In this document: positions 20,499 to 30,303 of the stretch, in pieces | Layout of the letters: the number at the start of each line of letters is the position of its first letter | Position numbering within the stretch: the stretch's first letter is position 1 | Assembly (NCBI GenBank): GCA_020696395.1 | Contig: JAEHCN010000001.1 | Location: forward strand, 1,902 to 65,901 | Direction: 5' to 3' | DNA from: Thermoplasmata archaeon | Lineage (GTDB): Archaea > Thermoplasmatota > Thermoplasmata > UBA10834 | Length of the DNA: 64,000 nucleotides | Translations under genes and position numbers: made by a program | The notes under the pieces: model-generated | What the model saw: the letters and a program-made list of their open reading frames with translations, nothing else | Told to the model about the DNA's origin: nothing | Database searches by the model: none

Positions 20499-20600
20499 AC
20501 CAGTTATAAACCTGATTGCGGACCACAGGTATCCCCCTTGGTCCGCGGAGAAGGCGTTTCGACCGCGGAAGAGACTTCTCCCGCAGTTCGGTAGCCGCCC

Positions 20601-21809
20601 CTACAGCTTCTTCACGATGCAGTTCATGCCGAATCTCGGAAGCATGTCGACAAACGGCTGAGGGTCGAGCATCTCCGGCGGGAACACTCCCTTCTGGTCG
20701 ATCTTGCCCTGCGCGAACAGTATAGCCCCAATCACCAGTGGAGCACCGACCGTGTATGCAGTGGCGCTGTGATGGTACTTTTTCCAGCCGTCCTGATGGT
20801 TCATCGATGTGTAGATGTAGTACCCGGCATCCTTTCCGTCCTTAACACCCTTCGTTATGGTGCCAATCGCCAGGTCCCCCCTCGCCCTGTCTCCCAGCGA
20901 TGCTGGGTCCGGAAGCGCTGCTGCGACGACGTCCCTTGGTGCCACCTTGACGCCCTTGACGTCTATCTTTTCCATACTGTCCAGCCCGAGCATGCCGATG
21001 GTCTTGATGGCATTGACATGGTCGTCGCCGAGGCCTATCTTGAAGTCACAGTAATCGCACCCCTTGCCGAGAACCTCCCCGATGTAGGTAGGAAGCGTCT
21101 CCTGCTCCTCGTGGTCGACGTTGTATACCGGGAGCTTCCCGACGGGGGCTGGGTAGTCGAACTCCTCCTTGCCGCTGAACGGCTCTATCTTCCTGTACGC
21201 GCCGTTCCCGTAGATCATGGGCGGCATGAGGACCTCCTCGATGAGCGTCTCAGGTGACCACATAGGCGCGAAATCGTATCCTTCGACATAGCCGTTGTCG
21301 CCGTCCCTCACGAGGATTTCCTTGACCTGGTCCAAGCGGTCGGCTCCCATCCTCGCGAATATGTTCGCTACTCCAGGGTCACACCCAATACCGAGCATGC
21401 CGATGATCCCCGCCTTTTCGTAGGCATCGGAGTACTTCCTCGCCTGGTACTGCACCGGCGGCTCCTTCACTATCTCCCCTGGCTTCTCCTTGGACAGGAA
21501 GATGTCGCTCGCCATGTCAGCGTAGCTCGCCTTCGCCATGAGGCACGCGTCCATTATCGCAAAGTTGAAGCGTGGGATCACGTTGTTGAGAACAAGATCC
21601 ACCCCCTTGAACGCCTGCGCCATCCGCTCGACGTTCGTGGCGTCGAGCTTCATAGATGACACCTTATCATTCGCGATACGCTTCTCCATCTTCTGAGCCT
21701 TCTCAAGATCTATGTCTGCCAGAACGACACTGTCGAACTCCTCCGAGTTCGCCAACAGGTCCGCAGCGACCGATCCAACGGCTCCTACGCCTAGTACAAC
21801 CGTCTTCAT
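20601..21809 (-). CDS. Saccharopine dehydrogenase-family NAD(P) oxidoreductase (saccharopine DH / carboxynorspermidine DH-like)
   Basis: N-terminal Rossmann motif VVLGVGAVGSV and the Sacchrp_dh NADP-binding and C-terminal domains. The substrate cannot be assigned. Confidence 0.75.
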   Translation of the reverse strand: MKTVVLGVGAVGSVAADLLANSEEFDSVVLADIDLEKAQKMEKRIANDKVSSMKLDATNVERMAQAFKGVDLVLNNVIPRFNFAIMDACLMAKASYADMASDIFLSKEKPGEIVKEPPVQYQARKYSDAYEKAGIIGMLGIGCDPGVANIFARMGADRLDQVKEILVRDGDNGYVEGYDFAPMWSPETLIEEVLMPPMIYGNGAYRKIEPFSGKEEFDYPAPVGKLPVYNVDHEEQETLPTYIGEVLGKGCDYCDFKIGLGDDHVNAIKTIGMLGLDSMEKIDVKGVKVAPRDVVAAALPDPASLGDRARGDLAIGTITKGVKDGKDAGYYIYTSMNHQDGWKKYHHSATAYTVGAPLVIGAILFAQGKIDQKGVFPPEMLDPQPFVDMLPRFGMNCIVKKL

Positions 21810-22001
21810 GCTTTCACATTCACCCCGGGCGCCGAAGCAGAAATTCGAGGCCCGGTGTTATCCCAATTGCTGGTGGGTTACTTAAACTTCTCGAACAATT
21901 TCGAATGGGGTTTTAAATCTTGCCAATAGGGCGCATGATATTCGAAAGTGTGCCTCTCCGATAAAACGGCGTTCGACAGGATGCTGAGGCCAGAGTGGAG
22001 T

Positions 22002-23903
22002 TCATCGTTTCTCTGCCGGCCTCTGCCGCATCACGCTGGGGAAACGGTCAGCATCTCGGTGTGGGAGGAACATGGCTTTCGCGAATTCCGCTTGGAAGTC
22101 TTTCTCGCCCGCCAGCTCGATGTACTCGACCCGTTTAGACAGCCGATCCGCCAGGTCTCTGATCTTGGTCGATTTGAGCGCCATCCTCGCACCCGAACCT
22201 GCAGCGTTGCCGACGAACCTGATGTGTTCAGGAGGAATGTCGGGATACATCCCGATTGTTATCGCGCTCGTAGCATCCACGTATGTCCCGAACGCGCCGG
22301 CCGCGTAGACCCTTTTCAAGTCGGAGCACGCAATGCCCAGCTTTGTCATGAGTGTCGAGACCCCTGTGAAAATCGCCGCTTTCGCCAGCTGGATCTCCTG
22401 CACGTCGTTCTGGGTGATTGTGAGGTCAACCGCCGCCTCTGCCTCCGCCGCGGACGCGAGGACGAACTCCCTCTTACCGTCTACTCCTTCTCGTACCCTG
22501 TCGCTCCAGTCGGATGGTAGCATCTTCCCGGAGTCTGAGAGGATTCCTGACCTGAACATCTCCGACAAGGCATCCACGATTCCCGAGCCACAGATGCCAC
22601 GGGCGGGCGCGTCGTCCACCGTCCTGAGGTGGACATCGTTCGTTCCGACATCTATCCAGACCCTCTCGATCGCCCCGGAGGCGGCCCTCATGCCATGCTT
22701 GATGTGAGCCCCCTCGAACGCAGGCCCCGATGCGCACGAGCATGCGATCAGCCTCTCACGGTTGCCCGCGATGATCTCCGTGTTGGTGCCTATGTCTATC
22801 ATCATGCCGATCTCATCGTCCTGGTAGAGGCCAGAGGACAACAGGACTGCGATCGCATCGGCGCCCACGAAGCCGGCTATGTTCGGAAGTGAGCTCACCT
22901 TGCCGAACGGATATATGTCTACGCCAAGGTGGCCCGGGTCGACAGTCAGGGAGGTCCTTACCGCTGGTGCATAGGGCGCCTGAGCGAGATGCTGAGGGGT
23001 GATCCCGAAGAATATGTGATGCATGGCCGTGTTTCCGACTATGACGACCTCAAGGACATCCGTCGGATCCTTCCCCGCTCCTGCGCAACACCTCGCGATG
23101 AGCGAGTTGACCGACCCCACCACGGCCTCATTGAGCTTCATGAGGCCGTCTCTGTTCCTGGTGGCGTAGGTTATTCGCGACATCACGTCCTCGCCGAAGG
23201 GTATCTGCGGGTTGGGCTGGCTCTCCGTCCCTACTACCCCTCCAGTCACGAGGTCCACGAGGTATGCCACGACCTTCGTCGTCCCGATGTCGACGGCAAC
23301 GCCGAGCAGGCTCCCTGTCGTATCTCCCGGGTCGATTCTGATCAGCTCCTCGCCCCTGAAGAGCGTGACGGTCGCCTCCCACGAACTCTCCCTCACGGCA
23401 TTGGGGAGCAGCTGATGCACCCCCTGTGCGATGTTCGCCGTGACAGCCGCCTCCGAGTGCAGCAGCTCGAGCAATCTGTCGTCGTCCGCCCTGATGTCGC
23501 TCAGCGTGGCGGGCGGGATTCTCAGGAGTATCTTCCCCACAGCAGGAGCCAGCTCGATCTCCGGCTCTATCCCGGAAGCCAGGAGTCTGTGATGTCCTCT
23601 ACGGCTAAGTTCTGGGATGTCGACGACTATGTCTCCCTCGACGACGACTCTGGCTTGGCAAGCCAGCCGCACGCCCATGCCGATTTCCTCAGCGGTCAGG
23701 GCTGCGTTCTCGCTCTCGTTTACGGGGGAGAGATGCTTTGCTCCCGTGGCCGCCAGCACTCTGCACTTGCCGCACTTCCCCGTCCCGCCGCATATCGATT
23801 CGACTGAGACGTCTACCTCCCTCGCGAGGTCTAGGAGCGAGGCTCCTGTTCGTGTGCTTGTTCCTCGTCCAAGGGGCTGAAAACGCGTGACCATCTTTGG
23901 CAT
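22002..23903 (-). CDS. ATP-dependent reductive activator of corrinoid proteins (RACo/COG3894; 2Fe-2S ferredoxin + ASKHA ATPase)
   Basis: N-terminal plant-type 2Fe-2S motif (CGGTGKCGKCRV...LACQ) followed by a ~550-aa ASKHA/DUF4445 domain. Confidence 0.75.
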   Translation of the reverse strand: MPKMVTRFQPLGRGTSTRTGASLLDLAREVDVSVESICGGTGKCGKCRVLAATGAKHLSPVNESENAALTAEEIGMGVRLACQARVVVEGDIVVDIPELSRRGHHRLLASGIEPEIELAPAVGKILLRIPPATLSDIRADDDRLLELLHSEAAVTANIAQGVHQLLPNAVRESSWEATVTLFRGEELIRIDPGDTTGSLLGVAVDIGTTKVVAYLVDLVTGGVVGTESQPNPQIPFGEDVMSRITYATRNRDGLMKLNEAVVGSVNSLIARCCAGAGKDPTDVLEVVIVGNTAMHHIFFGITPQHLAQAPYAPAVRTSLTVDPGHLGVDIYPFGKVSSLPNIAGFVGADAIAVLLSSGLYQDDEIGMMIDIGTNTEIIAGNRERLIACSCASGPAFEGAHIKHGMRAASGAIERVWIDVGTNDVHLRTVDDAPARGICGSGIVDALSEMFRSGILSDSGKMLPSDWSDRVREGVDGKREFVLASAAEAEAAVDLTITQNDVQEIQLAKAAIFTGVSTLMTKLGIACSDLKRVYAAGAFGTYVDATSAITIGMYPDIPPEHIRFVGNAAGSGARMALKSTKIRDLADRLSKRVEYIELAGEKDFQAEFAKAMFLPHRDADRFPSVMRQRPAEKR

Positions 23904-24003
23904 AGAGATCGATTGGATGAGAAATGCGGTACATGATTATACTTATGGTCGTTGTTGGGTCTAGGAACGCGCAATGAGCCAACGACGCTCGTCTCAGCAA
24001 CTA

Positions 24004-24010
24004 TTTTATA
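24004..24010 (+). promoter_or_regulatory. TATA-box-like element (ttttata) upstream of the L7Ae operon
   Basis: AT-rich heptamer about 90 nt upstream of the proposed L7Ae TTG start, inside the divergent intergenic region shared with the RACo gene. Confidence 0.4.
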
Positions 24011-24058
24011 CGACAAGCATCTACCGCATCCTGCTCTTTTCATCCGAAGGAGCCCGTG

Positions 24059-24090
24059 AATGATGACGGTGCTCAGGCACCTGAAGGAGG
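24059..24090 (+). promoter_or_regulatory. Candidate kink-turn (box C/D-like AAUGAUGA ... CUGA flanking a 5-bp hairpin) in the L7Ae 5' leader, next to the SD
   Basis: AAUGAUGA at 24059-24066, hairpin GGUGC-UCAG-GCACC at 24068-24081, CUGA at 24081-24084, then AGGAGG (24085-24090) and the TTG start at 24098. Confidence 0.35.
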
Positions 24091-24097
24091 TATCGAC

Positions 24098-24469
24098 TTG
24101 ACGAAGGCAATCTATGTGAAATTTGAGATGCCGAAGGAACTCGTGGACAAGGCATTCGATATCGTCGAACTCGCAAGGGACGGCGGAAAGGTCAGGAGGG
24201 GGACCAACGAGGTCACCAAGCTGGTCGAGCGCGGCGAGGCAGTGTTCGTCGTGATGGCTGCGGACGTGTCTCCCCCGGAGATACTCATGCACATGCCCGC
24301 CCTGTGTGAGGAGAAGAACATCCCATACGCCTACGTTCCGGCGAAGGCCGAGCTGGGCAACGCCTGTGGGCTGGAGAAGCCAACGGCGGCCGTGGCCGTC
24401 CTAGACGCCGCGAAGGGCAAGCCCGCGCTCGACGAGCTCGTTGGGAAGCTGAAGGCGCTTAAGAAGTAG
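24098..24469 (+). CDS. rpl7ae: 50S ribosomal protein L7Ae
   Basis: From the TTG at 24098 the product is MTKAIYVKFEMPKELVDKAFDIVELARDGGKVRRGTNEVTK..., canonical L7Ae of 124 aa with GGAGG 8 nt upstream. The track ORF starts at an upstream GTG (24056) that lies inside the putative leader. Confidence 0.85.
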   Translation: MTKAIYVKFEMPKELVDKAFDIVELARDGGKVRRGTNEVTKLVERGEAVFVVMAADVSPPEILMHMPALCEEKNIPYAYVPAKAELGNACGLEKPTAAVAVLDAAKGKPALDELVGKLKALKK

Positions 24470-24478
24470 GTGTGACAG

Positions 24479-24688
24479 ATGGCCGAGGATAGCATACCGT
24501 CAACAGTCGTCGAAGTCATCGGAAGGACAGGGATGACGGGCGAGGCTACCCAGGTGAAGGTCAGGGTCCTTGACGGAAGAGACAAGGGCCGGATCATCAC
24601 CAGGAACGTCATGGGCCCGATCCGGGTCGGTGACGTGCTGATGCTCAAGGAGACCTCGAGAGAGGCGAGGAAGCTCAGCGTGCGCTGA
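24479..24688 (+). CDS. rps28e: 30S ribosomal protein S28e
   Basis: 69 aa, S28e OB-fold sequence ([26 protein letters not shown]-like). Confidence 0.9.
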   Translation: MAEDSIPSTVVEVIGRTGMTGEATQVKVRVLDGRDKGRIITRNVMGPIRVGDVLMLKETSREARKLSVR

Positions 24689-24721
24689 CGCGCCTAGGCC
24701 ATGTGTGCGAGGTGAGATTCA

Positions 24722-25105
24722 ATGGTGGAGCGAAGAGTTTGTACGTTCTGCGGTCAGGAGATTGAGCCTGGAACCGGCAGGATGTACATAAAGAGGGACG
24801 GCGTGGTCTTCCAATTCTGCACATCCAAATGCTTCAAGAACCTGGTCGAACTAAAGCGTGTCCCCAGGCGGACCACATGGACAGAATGGAGCGCTAGGGA
24901 GAAGCAGGTCAGGACCAAGGGGACCGAGCCGGAGGCCGCGCCTGGCAAGACCCGGAAGATCAGAAAGCGTGCGAAGCCCAGGAAGAAGAGCGCCGCTGAT
25001 GAGAAACCCGAGCCAGAGGAGACCGGCCAGGCCGAGGACGCTGGAGCCGGTCCTGAAGAGGAGAGCGCCGCGGACACTGAAGTCGAACAGGGTGAGAAGG
25101 AATGA
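24722..25105 (+). CDS. rpl24e: 50S ribosomal protein L24e with long charged C-terminal extension
   Basis: TRASH-type zinc motif (CTFCGQEI...CTSKC) in the first ~60 aa, followed by a ~65-aa Lys/Glu/Ala-rich tail. Confidence 0.85.
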   Translation: MVERRVCTFCGQEIEPGTGRMYIKRDGVVFQFCTSKCFKNLVELKRVPRRTTWTEWSAREKQVRTKGTEPEAAPGKTRKIRKRAKPRKKSAADEKPEPEETGQAEDAGAGPEEESAADTEVEQGEKE

Positions 25106-25557
25106 GGGAGCGCACCTTCGTGATGGTGAAGCCGGACGGTGTCCAGCGAGGGCTCGTCGGCGATATCGTGTCGCGGTTCGAGTCCAGGGGATACAGGATC
25201 TGCGGTGTCAAGATGATGAAGGTCCCGAGGGAGCTGGCAGAACGTCACTACGAGGAGCACAAGGGGAAGCCATTCTACGAGCCGCTCCTGACGTACATCA
25301 CTTCCGGTCCAGTCGTCTGCATGGTGCTCGAAGGCGAGAACGTCGTCGCGGTGGTCCGTGCAATGATGGGCAAGACGAACCCGCAGGATGCCTCTCCTGG
25401 CACGATCAGAGGTGACTTCGCCCAGGTGACCGGCAGGAACGTCATCCACGGGTCGGACTCGTCCGAGAGCGCCAAGCGCGAGATGAACCTGTTCTTCAAC
25501 GACTACGAGCTGCATTCGTACGAGAAGCCGGAAGAGGACTGGCTCTTCGAGAAGTGA
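25102..25557 (+). CDS. ndk: Nucleoside diphosphate kinase
   Basis: NDK signature NVIHGSDS with the active-site His; the start overlaps the rpl24e stop by 4 nt. Confidence 0.9.
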   Translation: MRERTFVMVKPDGVQRGLVGDIVSRFESRGYRICGVKMMKVPRELAERHYEEHKGKPFYEPLLTYITSGPVVCMVLEGENVVAVVRAMMGKTNPQDASPGTIRGDFAQVTGRNVIHGSDSSESAKREMNLFFNDYELHSYEKPEEDWLFEK

Positions 25558-25661
25558 ACGGATACGATCCGTCGTGGTGGCCGTGGCGGGCACCGGCGTC
25601 CGCCGCTGTGCCCAGTCGGTTCTTCCATCCAGCTAGGTTAAGTTGAAATATAGGCCGGCCC

Positions 25662-27428
25662 TTGGACGAGGTCGTGTCCGTGCGGCAGCCGATAGTCTCG
25701 GTCCTTGGCCATGTGGATCATGGCAAGTCGACAATCCTCGATAGCATCAGGGGGACCAACGTCGTGTCGAGGGAAGCTGGCGGGATCACGCAGCACATCG
25801 GAGCGACCGACGTCCCCATTGAGACCATACACTCGTTGTGTGGAGGACTTATCGGCGGCCAGAGGTTCGAGGTCCCCGGCCTTCTGTTCATCGACACTCC
25901 TGGCCACTACTCGTTCGTGAGCCTGCGCAGCCGCGGGGGCGCCCTGGCGGACCTGGCCATACTCGTCATAGACATCAACGAGGGGTTGAAGCCGCAGACG
26001 ACTGAGTCGATCAACATCCTGCGGAAGCTCAGGACTCCCTTCGTCATCGCTGCGAACAAGATCGACCTCATACCTGGGTGGAGGGCCCAGAAGGGGAAAC
26101 CAATAGGTGAATCGCTCGAGGCACAGGACTCGCGGGTCTCCTCGGAGCTGGACGAGAGATTGTACGCCCTCGTGGGAAGGCTGTACGACGTGGGCGGTTT
26201 CAGCGCCGACAGGTTCGATAGGATCACCGACTTCACCAAGTCCGTGGCGATCGTGCCGGTGAGCGGCAAGACAGGAGAAGGGCTCGCTGACCTCCTGCTC
26301 ATACTGATCGGCCTTGCACAGAAGTTCCTGGAGTCGAACTTGAGGACGGAGAGCGGCCCTGGAGAAGGGACCGTCCTCGAGGTGAAGGAGGACAAGGGCA
26401 TCGGCACCGTGATGGACACGATCATCTACAGCGGGACGATCGCCGTCGGGGATACCATCGTCATATCTTCCGTCAAGGGCGCGCCCATCCAGACGAAGGT
26501 CAGGGCGATGCTTCGCCCCAAACCGCTTGACGAGATAAGGGACTCGAACCAGGGGTTCGACCATGTCGAGTCGGTCTCAGCCGCCGCGGGCATCAGGGTC
26601 GTCGCTCCGAACTTGGAGGACGCCATGGCGGGGGGACTCGTAAGGGTCGTCTCGGACGACATCGAGAAGACGCTGGAGGACGTGCAGAAGGAGAGCGCGA
26701 TCAACGTCGAGCTATCGGAGCAGGGCATCATCGTGCGTGGCGATACCATCGGCTCCCTGGAGGCGCTGGCGTTCGAGGCCAAGAACGCCGATATGCCGAT
26801 GCGGAAGATAGACATCGGGAACGTCTCAAGGAAGGACGTCGTGGAAGCGTCGAACTTCGACGACCCGCTCCACAAGGCGATATTCGCGTTCAGCGTGGGA
26901 GTCAACGCCGACGCCCGCGACGCCGCCCGTGAGCTGGGCGTCACGCTGTTCGAGAGCAAGGTCGTCTACAAGCTTCTGGAGGATTACGATGTCTGGTGTA
27001 AAGAGCGCTCCCGTGAACTCGAGGCTCAGAAGAGGCTTAAGATATTCTATCCCGGGAAGGTGTCCATTCTGCGGGATCATGTGTTCCGCGTGAGCAAGCC
27101 GGCGATAGTGGGCGTGCGGGTTTTGGCTGGCAGGATCCGCCCCGGTCAGAGTCTGATGCGGGACGACGGGCGGCCCGTGGGAAGGATCAAGAGCATCAGA
27201 AAGGGGGAGAAGACCCTTCCCGAGGCGAGGATGGGCGATGAGGTCGCGATCGCCATCGACTCCGCAACCGTCGGTAGGCAGATGGATGTCGAGGACGTAC
27301 TGCTGGTGGACGTGCCCGAAGGCCACGCGCGGGAGCTGCTTTCCCAGAAGCTCTCTCTGGACGAACGGGAAGTGCTGGATGCCGTCGTGAAGATCAAGAG
27401 GAAGGAGAGCCCGTTCTGGGGGAGTTGA
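25662..27428 (+). CDS. infB: Translation initiation factor aIF5B (IF-2 homolog)
   Basis: GTPase G1-G4 motifs (GHVDHGKST, DTPGH, NKID) plus the beta-barrel domains of aIF5B; 588 aa, no intein. Confidence 0.9.
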   Translation: MDEVVSVRQPIVSVLGHVDHGKSTILDSIRGTNVVSREAGGITQHIGATDVPIETIHSLCGGLIGGQRFEVPGLLFIDTPGHYSFVSLRSRGGALADLAILVIDINEGLKPQTTESINILRKLRTPFVIAANKIDLIPGWRAQKGKPIGESLEAQDSRVSSELDERLYALVGRLYDVGGFSADRFDRITDFTKSVAIVPVSGKTGEGLADLLLILIGLAQKFLESNLRTESGPGEGTVLEVKEDKGIGTVMDTIIYSGTIAVGDTIVISSVKGAPIQTKVRAMLRPKPLDEIRDSNQGFDHVESVSAAAGIRVVAPNLEDAMAGGLVRVVSDDIEKTLEDVQKESAINVELSEQGIIVRGDTIGSLEALAFEAKNADMPMRKIDIGNVSRKDVVEASNFDDPLHKAIFAFSVGVNADARDAARELGVTLFESKVVYKLLEDYDVWCKERSRELEAQKRLKIFYPGKVSILRDHVFRVSKPAIVGVRVLAGRIRPGQSLMRDDGRPVGRIKSIRKGEKTLPEARMGDEVAIAIDSATVGRQMDVEDVLLVDVPEGHARELLSQKLSLDEREVLDAVVKIKRKESPFWGS

Positions 27429-27527
27429 GCAATCCCTTGGTGGAACCCTTCCAGTGGTTCCAGTCGCTCCCGAAACCTATATAACTCCTTGCGCATTAGG
27501 GCGTTCTGCGACACCGGAGTTGATTGT

Positions 27528-27923
27528 GTGGCAGAGTTCAGAGCCGTCATAAATGACACAAAGGACGGGAAATCGTATCAGGTGCCTGTCTCAGGGCATC
27601 ACGCCAACACGTTGATCGGCAAGAAGATCGGCGATACCATAGATGGCATATTCGTCGGACTTCCTGGTTACAAGCTGACGATCACCGGAGGCAGCGACAA
27701 GGACGGCTTCCCGCTAAGGAAGGACCTACCGGGCCCTCGCAGGAAGAAGCTGCTCGTATCGAAGAGCATAGGGTTCAGGTCCAAGGAAGGGGGCCTCAGG
27801 AGGAAGAAGAACTTCAGGGGCAACACGATATCTCCGGACAACGTCCAGGTCAACCTCAAAGTCAGCCAGCATGGTTCTAAGCCCATCTCGGAACTCATCA
27901 AGAAAGAGGAGAAGAAAGAATAA
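27528..27923 (+). CDS. rps6e: 30S ribosomal protein S6e
   Basis: From the GTG at 27528 the product is [21 protein letters not shown]..., S6e family of 131 aa. The upstream part of the track ORF (TTG at 27489) is probably leader. Confidence 0.85.
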   Translation: MAEFRAVINDTKDGKSYQVPVSGHHANTLIGKKIGDTIDGIFVGLPGYKLTITGGSDKDGFPLRKDLPGPRRKKLLVSKSIGFRSKEGGLRRKKNFRGNTISPDNVQVNLKVSQHGSKPISELIKKEEKKE

Positions 27924-29155
27924 TGAATGTCCCTTCCCAGCCAGAGACTAACATCGGCATGATCGGCCATGTCGACCATGGCAAGACCACGCTGACCAAG
28001 GCTCTGACTGGGGAGTGGACGGACAGGCATTCCGAAGAGGTCAAGAGGGGCATATCTATCAGGCTCGGATACGCCGATGCCGGGTTCTACAAGTGCGGTG
28101 CATGCGAGGTGCCCGCGTGCTACACCAACCAGCCCGAGTGCCCCGAATGCGGGGGCAAGTGCGAACTGCTCAGGACGGTGTCCTTCGTAGACTCGCCCGG
28201 TCACGAGACACTGATGGCAACGATGTTGTCCGGTGCCGCGATAATGCACGGGGCGTTGTTGCTAGTCGCTGCAAACGAGAAATGTCCCCAGCCGCAGACG
28301 AGAGAGCATCTCATGGCGTTGAGCATCATCGGCGTCGACAAGATTGTCGTCGTGCAGAACAAGGTCGACCTCGTCACAAAGGAGCAGGCGGTACAGAACC
28401 ACAAGGAGATCAAGGAGTTCCTGAAGGGCACGGTCGCCGAGAATGCGCCTGTCATACCCATTTCCGCCCATCACAACATGAACATCGACACGCTCATAAT
28501 GGCCATCGAGAAAGCCATCCCATCACCAAAGTACTCCAAGGAGAACCCCGTCAGGATGTACGTGGCCAGGTCGTTCGACGTCAATGTGCCTGGCACTAAA
28601 CTGAAGGGTCTGAAGGGCGGCGTCATAGGCGGCTCGCTCATCGAAGGGAGCCTGAAGGTCGGGGACGAGATAGAGATACGCCCCGGCAGCAAGGTCGTGA
28701 CGAGCAGGGGCGCGACTTGGGTGCCCCTGGTCACCACGGTGCGCTCGCTCCTCGCGGGCACCCTCGAACTGAAAGAGGCCACGCCGGGGGGATTGATCGC
28801 GATAGGCACAGGACTCGACCCGAGCTTTACGAAATCGGATTCCCTGGTCGGCAGGATCGCCGGAAAGCCTGACACCCTTCCATCGGTCTCCGAGTCTCTG
28901 AAGATAAGGACGGAGCTCCTCAAACGCGTCGTTGGGATGTCGTCCGAGCAGGCCGTCGAGGCCTTGAAGACTAACGAGCCTCTGATGCTCAGCGTGGGGA
29001 CCGCAACGACCGTGGGCGTAGTGACGAGCGGCAGGTCTGACTCTGCCGACATCTCTCTGAAGATACCTGTCTGCGCGGAGAAGGACCAGCGCATAGCGAT
29101 ATCCCGGAGGATCGCCGGGAAGTGGCGCTTGATAGGATACGGCGTCGTCGAATAG
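27923..29155 (+). CDS. eif2g: Translation initiation factor 2 subunit gamma (aIF2-gamma)
   Basis: GTPase motifs ([10 protein letters not shown]), the zinc-ribbon insertion CxxC...CxxC and EF-Tu-like domains II/III. Confidence 0.9.
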   Translation: MNVPSQPETNIGMIGHVDHGKTTLTKALTGEWTDRHSEEVKRGISIRLGYADAGFYKCGACEVPACYTNQPECPECGGKCELLRTVSFVDSPGHETLMATMLSGAAIMHGALLLVAANEKCPQPQTREHLMALSIIGVDKIVVVQNKVDLVTKEQAVQNHKEIKEFLKGTVAENAPVIPISAHHNMNIDTLIMAIEKAIPSPKYSKENPVRMYVARSFDVNVPGTKLKGLKGGVIGGSLIEGSLKVGDEIEIRPGSKVVTSRGATWVPLVTTVRSLLAGTLELKEATPGGLIAIGTGLDPSFTKSDSLVGRIAGKPDTLPSVSESLKIRTELLKRVVGMSSEQAVEALKTNEPLMLSVGTATTVGVVTSGRSDSADISLKIPVCAEKDQRIAISRRIAGKWRLIGYGVVE

Positions 29156-29173
29156 ACCCGGGTGTGAATCTTC

Positions 29174-29542
29174 TTGGTGAAGGCTCTCGTCATCGATGCC
29201 AACGGCCTTTTGATGCCATTCCAGTTCCGCCTCAACCTTGACCTGGAGATAACTAGACTTCTCGGGGAGGTGCCAGTACTCGTACCTGATTCGGTTCTGG
29301 GCGAACTGGGGAGGCTGGGCACGAAGGAGGCCAAGGCCGCCCTGGCGCTCGCCCACAAGTACGAGGTCGTCGCGACCGAGCTCAGTGGGGACGACGCTGT
29401 CATCGATGTCGCGGAGAGGCATTTCGGGGCTGTGCTCACGAACGACAGAGAGCTCATAGAGCGATTGAAGGAACGGGCGATCCCCATCCTTCGTCTCAGG
29501 AGCGGGCGTTTTCTGATTCTTACGGGCTGCGCATCGGACTGA
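29174..29542 (+). CDS. PIN-domain protein (conserved partner of the archaeal aIF2-gamma cluster)
   Basis: PIN-like acidic residues (DANGLL...D...D); 122 aa in the conserved position. Confidence 0.65.
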   Translation: MVKALVIDANGLLMPFQFRLNLDLEITRLLGEVPVLVPDSVLGELGRLGTKEAKAALALAHKYEVVATELSGDDAVIDVAERHFGAVLTNDRELIERLKERAIPILRLRSGRFLILTGCASD

Positions 29543-29633
29543 GCTCGTCAGGGCGGCTGGGCAGACCAATTGATATGCCAGGAACTGGACGGCCGAAAGG
29601 CTATTATGATGCCTTGCTTATCCGAAGCCTGCC

Positions 29634-30290
29634 ATGCATGAGAAGCAGATCGCCACCCTGAAGCATATCGCCCTCATGGGAGGCGTGCACGACTACATCG
29701 CCATATCCTCGAGGGAGCTGGGGAACGTCCTTGAGATCAGCCAGCAGTCCGCCTCGAAGAAGATACTTGAGCTTCTCGGGGAGGGTCTGATCGAGCGCGA
29801 CCTCGGTGCGAGGAGGCAGAGGATCAAGCTGACGGACAAGGGGTTCGACCTGCTCAGGAAGGAGTACTCCGACTATCAGAGGATATTCGAGATGAAGGAC
29901 CATCTCGTCATAATCGGTGTCGTCACCTCCGGCCTTGGCGAGGGGCAGTACTACGTCAATCAGGAAGCGTACGCCGAGCAGTTCCAGAAGAAACTCTGGT
30001 TCAAACCTTACGAGGGGACCCTGAACCTCAGGGTGTCCAGCCCGGAACTCCCCAAGGTGGACGTATTGCGCAAGTCCGAAGGCATACTGATAAGGGGGTT
30101 CGAGAAGGACGGGCGCACGTTCGGCGATGTGAAGTGTTTTCTCGCGACTATCCACAACATGGAATGCGCGGTCGTCCTGCCTGTCCGGTCGCATCATGTC
30201 GACATAATCGAAGTCATATGCAAGTATCACTTGAGGCGGTCCTTGGGCTTGAAGGACGGCGACCAGGTGGAGCTCATAGTCTCCCTGTGA
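29634..30290 (+). CDS. ribK: CTP-dependent riboflavin kinase fused to N-terminal HTH domain (RbkR-like regulator/kinase)
   Basis: N-terminal winged-helix region (about aa 1-85), then the archaeal RibK (MJ0056-type) domain (GVVTSGLGEGQYYV ... GTLNLRV ... HVDIIEV). Confidence 0.7.
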   Translation: MHEKQIATLKHIALMGGVHDYIAISSRELGNVLEISQQSASKKILELLGEGLIERDLGARRQRIKLTDKGFDLLRKEYSDYQRIFEMKDHLVIIGVVTSGLGEGQYYVNQEAYAEQFQKKLWFKPYEGTLNLRVSSPELPKVDVLRKSEGILIRGFEKDGRTFGDVKCFLATIHNMECAVVLPVRSHHVDIIEVICKYHLRRSLGLKDGDQVELIVSL

Positions 30291-30303
30291 AGCGACCGCT
30301 CTC

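Noticed and set aside
24754-25593. 279-aa ORF antisense to rpl24e/ndk, plus similar long antisense ORFs (13778..14779, 19131..20078, 25638..26564, 28471..29569, 29604..30545, 39097..40077, 55386..56057, 60540..62423)
   Set aside because: All lie exactly opposite confident, conserved genes. Their compositions are Arg/Asp/His/Pro-rich, and they are the usual stop-poor shadow frames of a 60% GC genome. No domain signatures.
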